From Lama glama (lineage: Eukaryota), in the NCBI GenBank assembly GCA_028534125.1, contig CM052817.1, forward strand, positions 84,322,001-84,386,000: a stretch of DNA of 64,000 nt. The letters run 5' to 3'. Below are positions 24,801 to 37,300 of this stretch, one piece after another. Under the pieces are notes generated by a model. That model ran no database searches. It had not been told where the DNA came from and saw only the letters and a list, made by a program, of their open reading frames with translations. Positions within the stretch are counted from its first letter, which is position 1. Every line of letters begins with the position of its first letter. A program made the translations under genes and the position numbers.

Positions 24801-27800
24801 CAGTTGGCTGTGCCGGACCTGTGCCCTCGGGGTTCAGCCCAAGTGTTTGCTGTGTCCGAAGAAAGGTGGCGCCATGAAACCCACCCGCAGTGGGACCAAG
24901 TGGGTCCACGTCAGCTGTGCGCTGTGGATCCCTGAGGTGGGTGCACCCCCATGGCTCCGTGCGGGGGCCGTGGCTGTTCATTCTCATGGGGAGCCACTCA
25001 GAAGGCCGCCTTGTAGCTGATGAGTGAAAGGACACCTGAATTGCTATCCTTTTTTTCTCGTTAGTTGAATCCCAGGCATGCTGCCATCTGGTCACTCACG
25101 GTGTGTAAACTTGTGGAAACAGTAGCTGTAAGTGGCGGTGAGTTGGACTCTCGGGTGGGCATGTTGAGACGTCCCTGCAGATGCCATTGCGTCTGGCCCC
25201 CCACTGCCGACACGCTCCTGGGAGTGCCCCTGTCCTGCCCCTCGCACACAGCACGGTTGTGGTTGGAGAACCACTGCTCTAGGCCACGTTTTTGTGATTT
25301 TTTTTTAATTAAGATTCTTACTTTGCCTCAACCTTCTTAATTTCAGGTCTGGTCTAATTTATTTCAAGTCCCAGACCTTGACTAATTTAATTTGCATGGC
25401 TCACTCTGAGAATATCATTTGTGATTCAGATTTCATCATGTTTTGGTGTATGATTTTGGTGCATTTTCCTCCAGAGGAAACTTATCTGGGGGTGATTTGG
25501 ATTGAGGCTTCAAGACTTGGGTCTTGGTAGCACAGGATCTCACGGTTTGGTGTTAGCAGGGACGTGGTTCAGTGATCCAGGCAGCATGCAGAGAGGGTAC
25601 CTTATTTATCCTGGTAGTTCTGCACTTTGAATGTGGTAATCGTTTCTGACTGAAGAGAGTGGTTTTCTTTCGTGGGAGAGAGATTACAGGCAGTTACTAT
25701 TTATGTACTCCGTTGTTCACCGACGACTTAAGCATACTTAAGGTGGGTCTTCAGTCTTGACTACTTCTCTGAGGCTCAGAGGTGCAGTAGGTTACACTGT
25801 CCTGGTACATGTGCATCTTTGCTGTCAGACACTCGCTGAGCAGTGAACATTCCAGTTATCTGGGTGTTTCTGCAAACGGGACTTCTGTCTCATGACCCCC
25901 GGAGGACAGAGCGCGGGGACTAGGCTGTGGTCTCGTGCTGCTGGCCCAGAGCTGGCCACTGTGCTGTCCTGGTGCTTTAATGTGGGGCTTCGCCTGTGCG
26001 AGGAGGGCGAGTGCCCCTGGCCACCATCTGGTAGGAGGGCCATGGGAAGGGAATGGGCCTTTAAAGTTCTACCATTTGTGTTCAGCCTTTGCCTGTCTGA
26101 CGGCCTCTGCCCCGTCTTGCTGTTTCTCGGCCTCTAGGTGAGCATCGGCAGCCCAGAGAAGATGGAGCCCATCACGAAGGTGTCTCACATCCCCAGCAGT
26201 CGCTGGGCACTGGTGTGCAGCCTCTGCAACGAGAAGTTTGGGGCCTCCATACAGGTAATCAACTTAGCACAGCACCGTCACCCTTCACTGCCTTGTGGGG
26301 AGCAGGACATGGGGGTGCTTTGTGAAGTCATCATTAGAGGACTTGGAAATGGGACTAGAATCCAGGAAGCGGGACGAGGTTCTCACAGCCCGTCTGCGGT
26401 TGCTGAGGAACGTCTCTGGCCTGGTACACACGCCTTTATTGGCGGATTGTATCCAGTGTAGCCAGAATCCCAGCTGTAACCATCTCAGGGCAACTCAGAA
26501 GTCTGCTTGAGCTGCAAGGCAGTTCTAGTTTGTATCTGGTCTCTCCCTTCCTGCCTTAAAGCCTGGCATCTTGGCTCTTTCCACAGGCTGACAGCTCTGG
26601 GGAAGAGCCGGAGTCTTGGCCTGGAGGGTCAGCCTCCCCCTCACCTGCAGAGCGGCAGACCTGCCCCTGTAGCTGCACCTGCCACTGCTGGTTTCTGAGG
26701 TGTGCACGTGGAGGGTGTCATGTCTTAGTGTACACTGTTTGAAATCAGCTTGGCATGCTAGTGTTTTTGCAAAATTAGGTAAAACAGGGACTCCTCAGGA
26801 GCACCAGCTGGGTCTAGGGACACCCTCGAGGTGCTGCGCCAGGGTTCCTTGCAGGAGCTGTTAACTTGAACACGGTCTGGATATCTGATTCTTTATGGCA
26901 CCGTGTGTAGGGGAGGGTGAGAGGGAGGGTGGGGAAGGAGAGCCTGTAGTTTCTTTGTCCACGTACAGGCAAGTGTAGAAAGTCATAAGGTAGATAGAAT
27001 CAAGGAGAGAATATAGATGGCATGCTATTCTCTCACATTGTCTAAAGCGCTACTTGAGAAGTTAATTTCTGGGCCTCACATTTTTGGTGTCATGACAGTC
27101 ATGCCTTGAGAGGCCTGAAATGTTGTTCCACTAAGGTCTCCAAATACTGTGTGTGGCTGACAGTTGGCCCTTTGAGTCTGGCTCTTCCTCTGGGAGGTAC
27201 CAACTCAGGGCCACTGGCTCTTCCTCAGTCCCTGTGTCAGCTTCTGAGAGCAGAGGTGCTATTTTGGGGTGGCTTCTCTCTCGATGCAGAGAACACAGTG
27301 GCTCAGCAAAGACACAGACTCCACAAACTTGGCCAAACTGCCAGTCATGGGTTTTAAAGAAATGACCTCATTTGGCAAAATCAGTTTGTATTTTGGCTGA
27401 TAAATACTTCTCTTGGTAAAGTATCCACTGACTGGTGGGTTTTTTTTTTTTTAAAGAGTTTTTGTTTTGCACACCAAGTAGTTGTACTTTTCTTCATTAT
27501 CACTTCCACTGGTGTTCAAGAATCCAAAACGTAACAAAAATATTCAGGGGGTGAGGCATGAGACGGCTGGTGGGATTTGGCTGTGGACCTTGAAAACAGT
27601 GCAGATTTTTGTATGTGAATGGAATCTGCTTAAAACTAAGGCATGACAGAAGCCTCTGGCCTGAGAGCTGTCCTGGGAGGGAATGGAGGAGGAATTTTTT
27701 TAAAGCCTCAAAATTAAAAAAAAAAGACATCAGAGCTGGGTGTGCATATGCATGTGGACTACCCACGTGAACACTTGCAGGAATCGAGCTGTGACAAACC

Positions 27801-28362
27801 AAGGAAAATGGAAGTCATTTTCTTCCAAGTTACCTGATGTTCTTCTGAGGATAGAGTTTACGCCCGTTACTGAGCGAGCACGCCAGTCCTGGTCCATAAC
27901 TGATGTTTACAAGAGGTCAGCGAATGGGATCTGTGCTTCTCTTCTGAAGAGACAGTAAAGCGACTTTTTTTGTTGCTGTTGACCTCTTTTTCCCAGAACA
28001 TTAATTTGAAAGAGAAAAGCCATGGAAGGTTGATGATTTTTCATATCTGCACAGATTAGATTGACTTTATTAAAGAATTCCTGTCAGAAATGTCTGCAGC
28101 TGGGTAGGCTCTGGCTTACGTTTCTGTAACATCTGTTTGCTGAGTCAACCTGAATAGGAAAACCCAGAGGAAGGCCATTTGGCGCCTTTACAAAGTCCCA
28201 TGTAAATGTTCTGCTGCGGCGCGTTCCCCTGGAAGGTCGGAGTGCTGAGTTACAGTGTCGTTCAAGCCAAACACGGGTAGTGTCTCTGTCATCTGCTCCC
28301 ACTTTACTTCCCACTTGGATGCGTGCTGAGGGGGAGCACTTTGTCTCTTACTGGTAGAGGCC

Positions 28363-28397
<35 letters not shown>

Positions 28398-31300
28398 GCC
28401 ACTAAAGACTTCACACGTCTCTTGGAACTGAGGTTATTATTATAGATAAAATTGCAGATTTATGTTAGTTCATGTGCTTTAAGTGTTTGCAGTGAGGGGA
28501 CTGATTTTCTGTGATGGAGCTGGATTTTCTGTACTTCTGGGTAAAAGAGACTTTGTAATAATGGAAGAAATCATGACTGGCAGTGAGTCACCTCTTAAAT
28601 ACTGAAGTGATTAGGGCAAGAAGTCCCAACCCAAGGCTCTGCCGTTCACGGTGATGCCATGCAGGCCTGTTGGATGAGCTTAATTAAGCTTTTCCGCTGG
28701 CCTGTGGCCACTCGGGTCTGTTCCTCTCTGCAGCCCTGGCGTGCCTGGGATCACTTGGCCTCACACAATACAGTGTTGCTTTTTAAGGGACTGGCTTCAG
28801 TCACCACAAGGAACCTCCTTCCAGGGATTCGCCCAGCATGATCAGATGGGGAGAAGTTAATCACTTTTCTCCTGCTAGGCCTCCGGCTTGCTGCCTGGAT
28901 TCAAGGCCTTGCACTCTAGCCCTGGTGAGGCCTTTGTGGAGGGGGGTTTGGAGGGGCAGGGGGAAGGCAGAGCTGGGTGATGCCTGGTCTCTGGGCAGCG
29001 GGTCCCTCAGAGGTCTCAGTGCTTGGACCCCACTGGCCTGGAAGCCTTCTGCACCTGCTGAAGCTTCCTTGGGTGCAGAGACCTCTCCCGTCCTCCGTGC
29101 TGGACTCCCCTGATCTCCTCTTCCTTTCCGCTCCTTGGAAGTTGTTATTCACCCTCCTCAGTCTTGAGTGGCCCTTGGCTGCTGGGAGCAATGTACCGTT
29201 TATTTCCCCCTTGTGTTGGGACTTGTCTTGCGGGAGGTTAAGAATGAGAATTCACATTCCTTTAAACACTCTGACTAGTGGCCTTTCTTCCTGCAGAGAT
29301 GCACATGCCACCTGTGTAATTGTGTCCTCTTTAAGAGGTGATTTGGATGCAGTTGCTTTTCTGAGAAAGTTATGGTTTGGTTTATGAAAAGAGAGGCCCC
29401 TTAAATCCCAAGCCTTAGCTTACCGAAAACACGACTAGATCTGCCAGGGTTAATCCACGTAAAGCTTGCCCGTCCCGCCCCGCTTGGAGTGCGGCTGTCC
29501 CTGTGCACGTAGCTGTGGGGCACCCGGCACCCAGGGCTCCAGTCACTGTTACTCCGTAACCTCTCCTCTCTTGTTCTCTGCGTGTTCTTGCCAGTGCTCT
29601 GTGAAGAACTGCCGCACGGCCTTCCACGTCACCTGTGCTTTTGACCGCGGCCTGGAGATGAAGACCATCTTGGCGGAGAACGATGAAGTCAAGTTCAAGT
29701 CCTACTGCCCGAAGCATAGCTCACATCGCAAACCCGAGGAGACCCTCGGTGAGGGGGCCGCTCAGGAGAATGGGGCTCCTGAGTGCTCCCCCCGGGATCC
29801 GCTGGAGCCCTTTGCCGGCCTGGAGCAGAATCAGGAGGAGGCTCACCGGGTGAGTGTCCGCAAGCAGAAGCTGCAGCAGCTGGAGGATGAGTTCTACACC
29901 TTCGTCAACCTGCTGGATGTTGCCAGGGCCCTGCGGCTGCCTGAGGAGGTAGTGGATTTCCTGTACCAGTACTGGAAGTTGAAGAGGAAGGTCAACTTCA
30001 ACAAGCCCCTGATCACTCCAAAGAAAGATGAAGAGGACAATCTAGCGAAGCGGGAGCAGGATGTCTTGTTTAGGAGGCTGCAGCTGTTCACTCACCTGCG
30101 GCAGGACCTGGAGAGGGTAATGATTGACACTGACACCTTGTAGTGACTTAGAGAAGAAGATTGCAAAGAGGCGACTGCTTGCCCAGAGCAAGGAATGGTA
30201 GCCAGTTCATTTGCTCTCAGACCCTCGTACATACTGCAGCATGAGGTTGTGTTGGTTAAATACATTTATGGGCTGGTAAACTCACTGTACATACATGCAA
30301 GATGGCCACAGAGTGGGGAGCTTCTTTGATTTAAACACTTTCCCATTAATCCTTACTGTTCTTCTGCAGGATCAGGTGGGATGTGTCTTCCCCTCTTCAT
30401 TCTAGAGCTAAGGGGAACTGAGCCCCAGGAAAATGACCAAGGGTTTGGCTCAGAATTGTTTACAAACTGAGTGAGAAAACCAGAATGGGTTTAACTAAAT
30501 AGTGAGGGGTGGGTGTGGGCGGAGGTAGGAAGACATCTGGTCAACCTGGGGAAACACAGGTGCTGGTCATGGGCTCATTAAAGAGAGCGGAGCACTGCCT
30601 CTCTGGCCCAGCTTTGCTTCTTGGCGAACTCTCAGGGCCTTCCCGGTTCCGTCACAAGCAGAGCAGGCTGTGGGTGCTGATGTGTGTGTGTGAACTCCGT
30701 ATACAAGCATCTCTGTTCCCGAAGGGGCTCCTGGCAGTGAGGTGCAAAGTTGTCACTGAGGCTCTGCATATACTGTGTGCACGTGTGTGTGTCCATGTCT
30801 GTCTGTGGGCTGTGTCTGGTGTGGATGTGGGGTGGGATTCCCGGTGCACAGGGGCCTCCAGTCTGACAGAGGGGCCCCTGGTCGTTCTTGACGCGTTATC
30901 ACACTACTGGACTGCCCAGTGTAGTGGCTGGTGTCACTTCTTCCTCCAGCTGTTGCTGCTTTGTGCCTCCCCCACCCTCCAGTACCTTTGGAGTCCCTGT
31001 CTGGACCGCCCTTCCTGCTGCAGGAATAATTAGGAGTGGGCTGTCTTTTCCCCAGGGCCTCCTGCTCCTTGTAGGTAGTTTCTGACTGAGGCTCGCTAAT
31101 TGGGGATGCATTGTAGAGCACCTTCTGCAACTCCCCTGGCTGCCGACAGCCGGCTCCAGTTAAATTCATTAGTGCGTGGGAGATGGGACTGAGGCCTCTA
31201 GCCTGAAGCAGCCTGGGCTGAAAGGCACCCAAGTGGCCTGAAACAGTTAACGGCATCTCCCCCAAGCACGAACTTATTAGTGGAGTGAGTCACCTGCTTG

Positions 31301-34300
31301 GAAGAGACTCTGACTCAGGATTTGAAGCGACAGTAGGGAAAGAATAGGGATACAGGGAAGAAGTATTGAACCAAAAGATCCAGATCTTACAGAGACCTGC
31401 AGGCTGTTAGATGGCACAGCAGTGAGAGGGTTTGTAAGGGTCCCTCAGAAGAGACCCTTTTAGTACCTGGCTGAGTGCAGGCTCCTTGAGATGCCCCTCC
31501 CGGGCACCTGGTTAAGAGTCTGGATTCAGGTGGAGGCGGGCGTGGGTGGGGGGGTGGGGTGTGAGGCTCTTGTGCTCCCGTGTGCCCCGCCCCCGTGGTG
31601 AGCGTAAAGAAGACCTCGCCTTGGCCACATGTAAGTGGCCTTTTCTGTTAAAGAGATGAGAAAGGGATCAGAAGGATAAACTGGAATCCTGGCGAGAAGC
31701 CGTTATCCCTCCCAGCCCGACAACTGCTGTACGTGGGGTGCGCGGGCTTTGGAGTCAGAGAGTCCTCAGGAGGGAGGACGAGAAGTCTGATGTTTGGACT
31801 GTGTTTGTCTCACAATCACCACAAAATAAAAGTGTAGAAAATGCTTGTGGTGTACTAACTCTTTTCTGTATTTAAGTTACTCAGATTAACACACACTTAT
31901 TAAATTCAGAACATTCTTTTTGAGTCATTGCTGTTGCTTTTTAAGTAGAATGATGCCAATAATGTATGAGAGACAGGGAATAAATCAGGATTTGTGTGTG
32001 TGGCATTACTTTATTATAAAGAGCCTGAGAAATTTTAGGGCATACAGTATCAGTTTAAAATGGGCTTATTATAATGAAAAATATTTTCTAAAATTTACCG
32101 TGAGGCATGTAATGGAGGATTTTAAAAGTGTAAATCTTGGCTGTGCCCGAGTTGCACAGTGATTTGTAATAATAAGTGTATGAGGCCCAGGGCTCATCAG
32201 GGCAGGGGTGACAACAAGAACAAATCATTAAGTACTACTTTGTTTCTCGAGTAAGGTAGAGTTCTGCCTAATGCACACAATAGCAGTTCCTAGCAGATTA
32301 AGCGTGGGACTAGGATCGAGGCATGCGGTCACTGCGAAACTGACAAGTGAGTAACCTTCATTAGAAATGCAAGCAACTCTCATGAGTGATGATGGTAGTT
32401 GCTCTTTCCTGCAGATAAACACCTTGGGGCATTTTGCACACCTGGGCTCCAGTTGTAGACCAGAAAGTTAGCTGACAGGGATGGATTCAGGAGGGTTTGA
32501 GAGCCTGAAGACCTGATTGCCAGTAGGTGGCGGGCACCATGTCAAGTTCCCAAGTTCCCAAGGCTGCCACTCCACTCTGGAGGGACTCCTTTCCCCTAAA
32601 AATTGTCTCCTAAAGGATGCAGTTAATGTGAGTTCAGCAAACGATACTTGCTCAGATAAAAACATGTTACCTCTGCACTTCTTCCTGGGTATCGAAAGGG
32701 GCCAGGTCCTGGGGGTACCATCTTACTCAACAGTCAGTGGAATGGTCACCTTTGAAAGTCTGGTGGAGGCTACAGTTGTCCCTGAACAAGAAGCATGTTG
32801 AGCTTTAGTGTTGCAAGTAGTGTTTGGGATTCAAGAAAACCCCTTAAGACTCATTGTTGGGATCCTGAGGGCAGTGGTTCTCATTGTATGGTCCCCAACT
32901 AACAGAAATGCAAATGTTTGAATCCTACTTCTGATTCCCAAAACTCTGGGCTTGGGGGCCAGCATTCTGTGTTTTAGGGCTCCCACAGGTTTCTGTGTGA
33001 GAACCACTGCTTTTGGGGAGAGGCTGACAAGTGCAGTTGAGAGCAGGTTTTGGGTACCACCTTACCGGCAATTGAGAGAAGGTGGCGCAGGGGAGGAGGT
33101 TAGGTCAGCAGGGTACGGGAAGGGTCACGTGGAGTGTATTTTGAGATACAGGGGCTGCTGATGGAAATTGCTCCCTGAGGGCTGTTTTGTGCATCACAGA
33201 GGTAAGGAGTAGGGCACTGGCTATGCTAAATGTGGTCAGCCAGGCCTGGGTTATAGTTAGATGTCTCTCATCTGAGATCATGGGGAGTGGAAGTGGGATT
33301 TCCTGTTAGCAACCAGGGTGGAAATCTTTACTGGGGGAAGTGGTTGATGACACCAAAATTAGATTTGAATAATATACAAAATCCAGGTTCTCTGACTTCC
33401 CTATTTTCTATTTCCATCAACAGTTTTGAGAGAAATGATTACAATAACCTTGTCCACTCCTAGGATGTTGGAGAATTTGTTTCCGTTTATTTCCAGAAGT
33501 TTGATTCCCTGTCTTAATGTAACAATTGTTCTGATTTTGTTTTCCAAAAGTTCTGAATCTGTGATGAGGATCTAGGTTCAGCCCCCTCCTCTTTTTGAGC
33601 TTCTATTCAATCCCCCCCACCCAGACCTGGGTGGAAGAACAGTAAGTACTAAAGAGAATATCTGTTAGCCACCTCCATCCCCAAACTGGTCAGAATTCTT
33701 ATAAAGGACACCTACTTCCTGGCCTGGGGGGGGGTGAGGCTGTTGGAGAAAGAATGTGCTTTAACCAGGGTGAATGACAAAGCAATATTTACTGTGACAC
33801 AGGAAGAATGATTTTCTTTTCAATAATTTTAAGATCATTTTTATTTTTACCCAGAAGTGTTAGGTAGAAAGGTCCTAAACAAACTGATTCATTTAGGGTC
33901 AGGAGAAGCCTGGCTGGAGCTCCTGCTTTAGGCCAGGAAATGACACCACAATGTGTAAAAATGCAAATGTGAAGACCAGCTGACCTGTTCTTCTTAAAGC
34001 CTCTTGTACTCCTGCAAAGAAGGCTGCCTGGAACACAACTTGGGGGCAGGCAGCTAGAATTGTTAAGAGTTCTTTAGGGGCGGTGCCTGTACATAAGTCC
34101 AGATGCAGGGCTGTGTTTATGGCTTGTCGCCACCCTCACTGCTAAAGATAAGGTTAGTGGCCTTTGAACTGCTTCCATTTCAAGGTGGCAGGGGCAGGGA
34201 TTGCCCAGGCCTTACAGTGTAGTCGTCATGCCTTCGCTGTCGGCGCTGACGGGGATACCTCGTCACTTTCCAGTCTTGCCACTGAGCTTACTGGGGAGTC

Positions 34301-37300
34301 TTGTCCACATCCTCCTGAAGAAAGGTTGCATTGTGTATCTGGTGTGTATTTGCCATTTGTGTTTTCAGGCCCATGTAATCTGGTTTGGTTCACCAGTAGG
34401 TTTTGGGACTGAGGGATTGAAGGGGGTTTATTGACTAAGTCACTAAATTTTGATTCTGTATTGACTGATCACAGGTGGCTTTAAAAATGGGGAACAAATT
34501 TACCTGTTGATTAGTTAGAATTGGTTAATGAGGATATGCATTCAGTTCCCCAGTTGTTGCACGTCACATGCAAAGTGTAGCTCCGAGTGCTGGGGTCTCT
34601 CCAGTTACCGACAGTCGGGAAGAGGGCAGGATCAGTTTTTCATGTGGTGATACAGAGAGCTGGCTTTGAGATGTTGACACAGCACATCAGTAGCAAAGCA
34701 AGAAGGATGTTCCGTAGGTGTTCACACTCTAGGAACACATGGTTACCTGTGAGTTCCAAGGTATTTCTGAGAGTTCAGCGTTCACTTGACGAAAGAAGTC
34801 TCCTTGGATTCTTGGTGACCACTTGGTCTTCTAGTGAGCCCTGTGCAGGGATCATTTTGGCGGGGGTGGGGGACTGCTCCCTCAGATGGCCCTTCACCCT
34901 GTGCTTACTTAGTTCCATCTTCAGAAGATGTTTGATAAAGTGTGGCAGTGGTGGCTTCTGAAATGTTCTGAAGCCTTTAACAACAGAATTCATGGGGAGG
35001 AGATACTGAGAGGTGACAAGCAGCACCCTTTGGGACGAGGTGGCAAGTCTGGCGCGTCTTTGCCAGGATGAGCAGAGGACCGGGTGTGGTGCAGGAGACG
35101 GGACTTCCTCCCACAGTCTCTCCTGTGCCGTGGCCGCCCACCTTGAGGGATATATGCAGAATACTTGTTAGCATCCCCAGAGGAAGTGAGAGATTAGATA
35201 AAACGTTTAAAGTATATTTTTATTTTAAAAGTCAGTCAAGGACCTAGTAAGGACAAATTTTTCTCAGGTAAAGAAAAAAAGCACCAAACTACTGTTACAC
35301 TGTTTTGCTTACTTAGAATCTTTATTCTCTACGTTCTAGGTTCGGAACCTCACTTACATGGTGACCCGCAGGGAAAAGATTAAACGATCTGTGTGCAAAG
35401 TCCAGGAACAGATATTCAATCTTTACACTAAGCTTTTGGAGCAAGAAAGAGTTTCAGGTATGCATTAAGCCCTGGTAGGTCAAACAATAGGGCAGGGGTT
35501 TGTAAGCCTTAATGCTTTGTTAAGGAAGAAAATACTAGTTTCTTTAATTTTCTTTATATCCTACGAAGAATCAAAGCAGCACAGGTTTTCATCACTGAAG
35601 AAAATCTTTAGGCATTTGAGGCATCATGGTGTTGGGGAGAGGGCTGTGAATTTGGCCTCATGGGTCAAATCCTGTATTCTTACAGGCCAAACACAAGCAA
35701 GTCTTAAGTTTTCTGAGTCTCCCCCATTCCCTCACATGTAACGGGAGGACAGTATGTATGGCTCCCTCCTGGGAACTACTATGAGACTCAAATGAAAGAG
35801 TAACTTACTTTTTGCAAAGCACCTGGTAAATGTAAAGGGTCACGGGATCACCTAAGAGATTTATAGGTTATCTAGCCTTTGGATCTACCTGTAACGTGCA
35901 GTAAATGTATCTGAAGGCTGTGTACTTAAGACACATAGCCATGTTTAGGTAACATTCACAGTGGACTTTTTTTGGTGTAGCTGGAATTTTGAATATTTTG
36001 GAGATTCAGCACAAAGTATGTATTTATTTAGAGCCGTCTATTCTGCATTGCTCTGGCGAAGGGAAAAGGAAAACTAAGATAGGGACTTCCTCTCCTGGAG
36101 AACACTTCAGTGACTTTGAGATCAAGGGCACTGTTGGGCAAGTTGTTTAACCTCGCTGGGACTCGTGATCTGATAAAGAGGCTTAGTCCAGAATCCCAGC
36201 CTCTGAAGTGCCTTTCAGCACTAATGGTCTGTGATCAGAAGCCCCGGAAAGTAGGCGTAAGTTACAAGGAGTGTGGAGCAGGTAGAGCCATGACTCGCAA
36301 GTGGGCAGGTCTCAGGTGAGCTAGTTAGTGTCTGCTGCCCTTGAAGTTAGAGCTGTGGCACCTGCACTGCTGGCATGGTGGGGACTCAGCCGGCTCACTC
36401 CTTCCTCCTCCTGCTTTTGTGGCTTTTTTGTCTCCATAGATTATTTTACACCAAAGAAGTTGTTATAACCTAATTGTTGGAATCTGAATTCTGGTTTACC
36501 TAACACAAACCAGATATATGTGATTAGAGGTAAACTGGTCAGCCGAACAGAGAGAAAAAAGCCTAGGGAGTTTTAAATGATATTCTTGAAGTGTTACATC
36601 GTTTTGATAGCATTAATAATAATATTATCCCAGATATTTCCTTCCCAAGAGTAAATATTTTCCAGACGTATCAGTCTTTTACCATCAACCAGACTTTAGA
36701 GTTTAATTGTAAAACTTTTAAAATAAATTTTTCTAAGTAGGGTATCCTAGGTAAAAGCAGTTTGACTCAGATTCTTTCACGTGAACTTCTGTCCCTTCAT
36801 TGTTCCCCCTGGAATGCAAATAAGTGGGACCCGTTTTCTCCCTGGACTTGTGTCCTCCTGTGAGGGCCCAGCTGGAGGTGGCCTCCAGCAGCAGAGGCCG
36901 GGCTGCTGCTCGGTGTGCAGGATCATTCATTCCGCTGGTGCCTGTGGAGCTTCACCATTACAGGCCTGTGATTCTTGTTAGAAGTCGTTTTGTAACGAGT
37001 GATTACCTATAGAAATAAGCTGTAAAGAGCATTTTCATCTGATTTCATTTATGAGTCGTTTTTATTGTGGGGAGCTTTTTGTTTGCAGTTTTTGCATTTC
37101 ATGGCTGAGGTTTTAGGTTGCGTAAGTGAGAGTCTTAGCACGGTTTGGAAGTGTTTTGTGTAACAGAGCTAATGCGATCTATGCTCGGAAGTCCTGCTGC
37201 TATTCCAGGACAGAAGGGGTCTTCCCTGCCGTGAACCATACCAGGCATGATAGGTTGAAAGCAATGGTAATCTTGTGAACTCCCACAGGGAATGAAGTGA

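Noticed and set aside
29466..29594. N-terminal part of ORF 29466..30143
   Set aside because: Intronic open frame upstream of the acceptor at 29594/29595 (TTG start); the real exon begins at CSVKNC.
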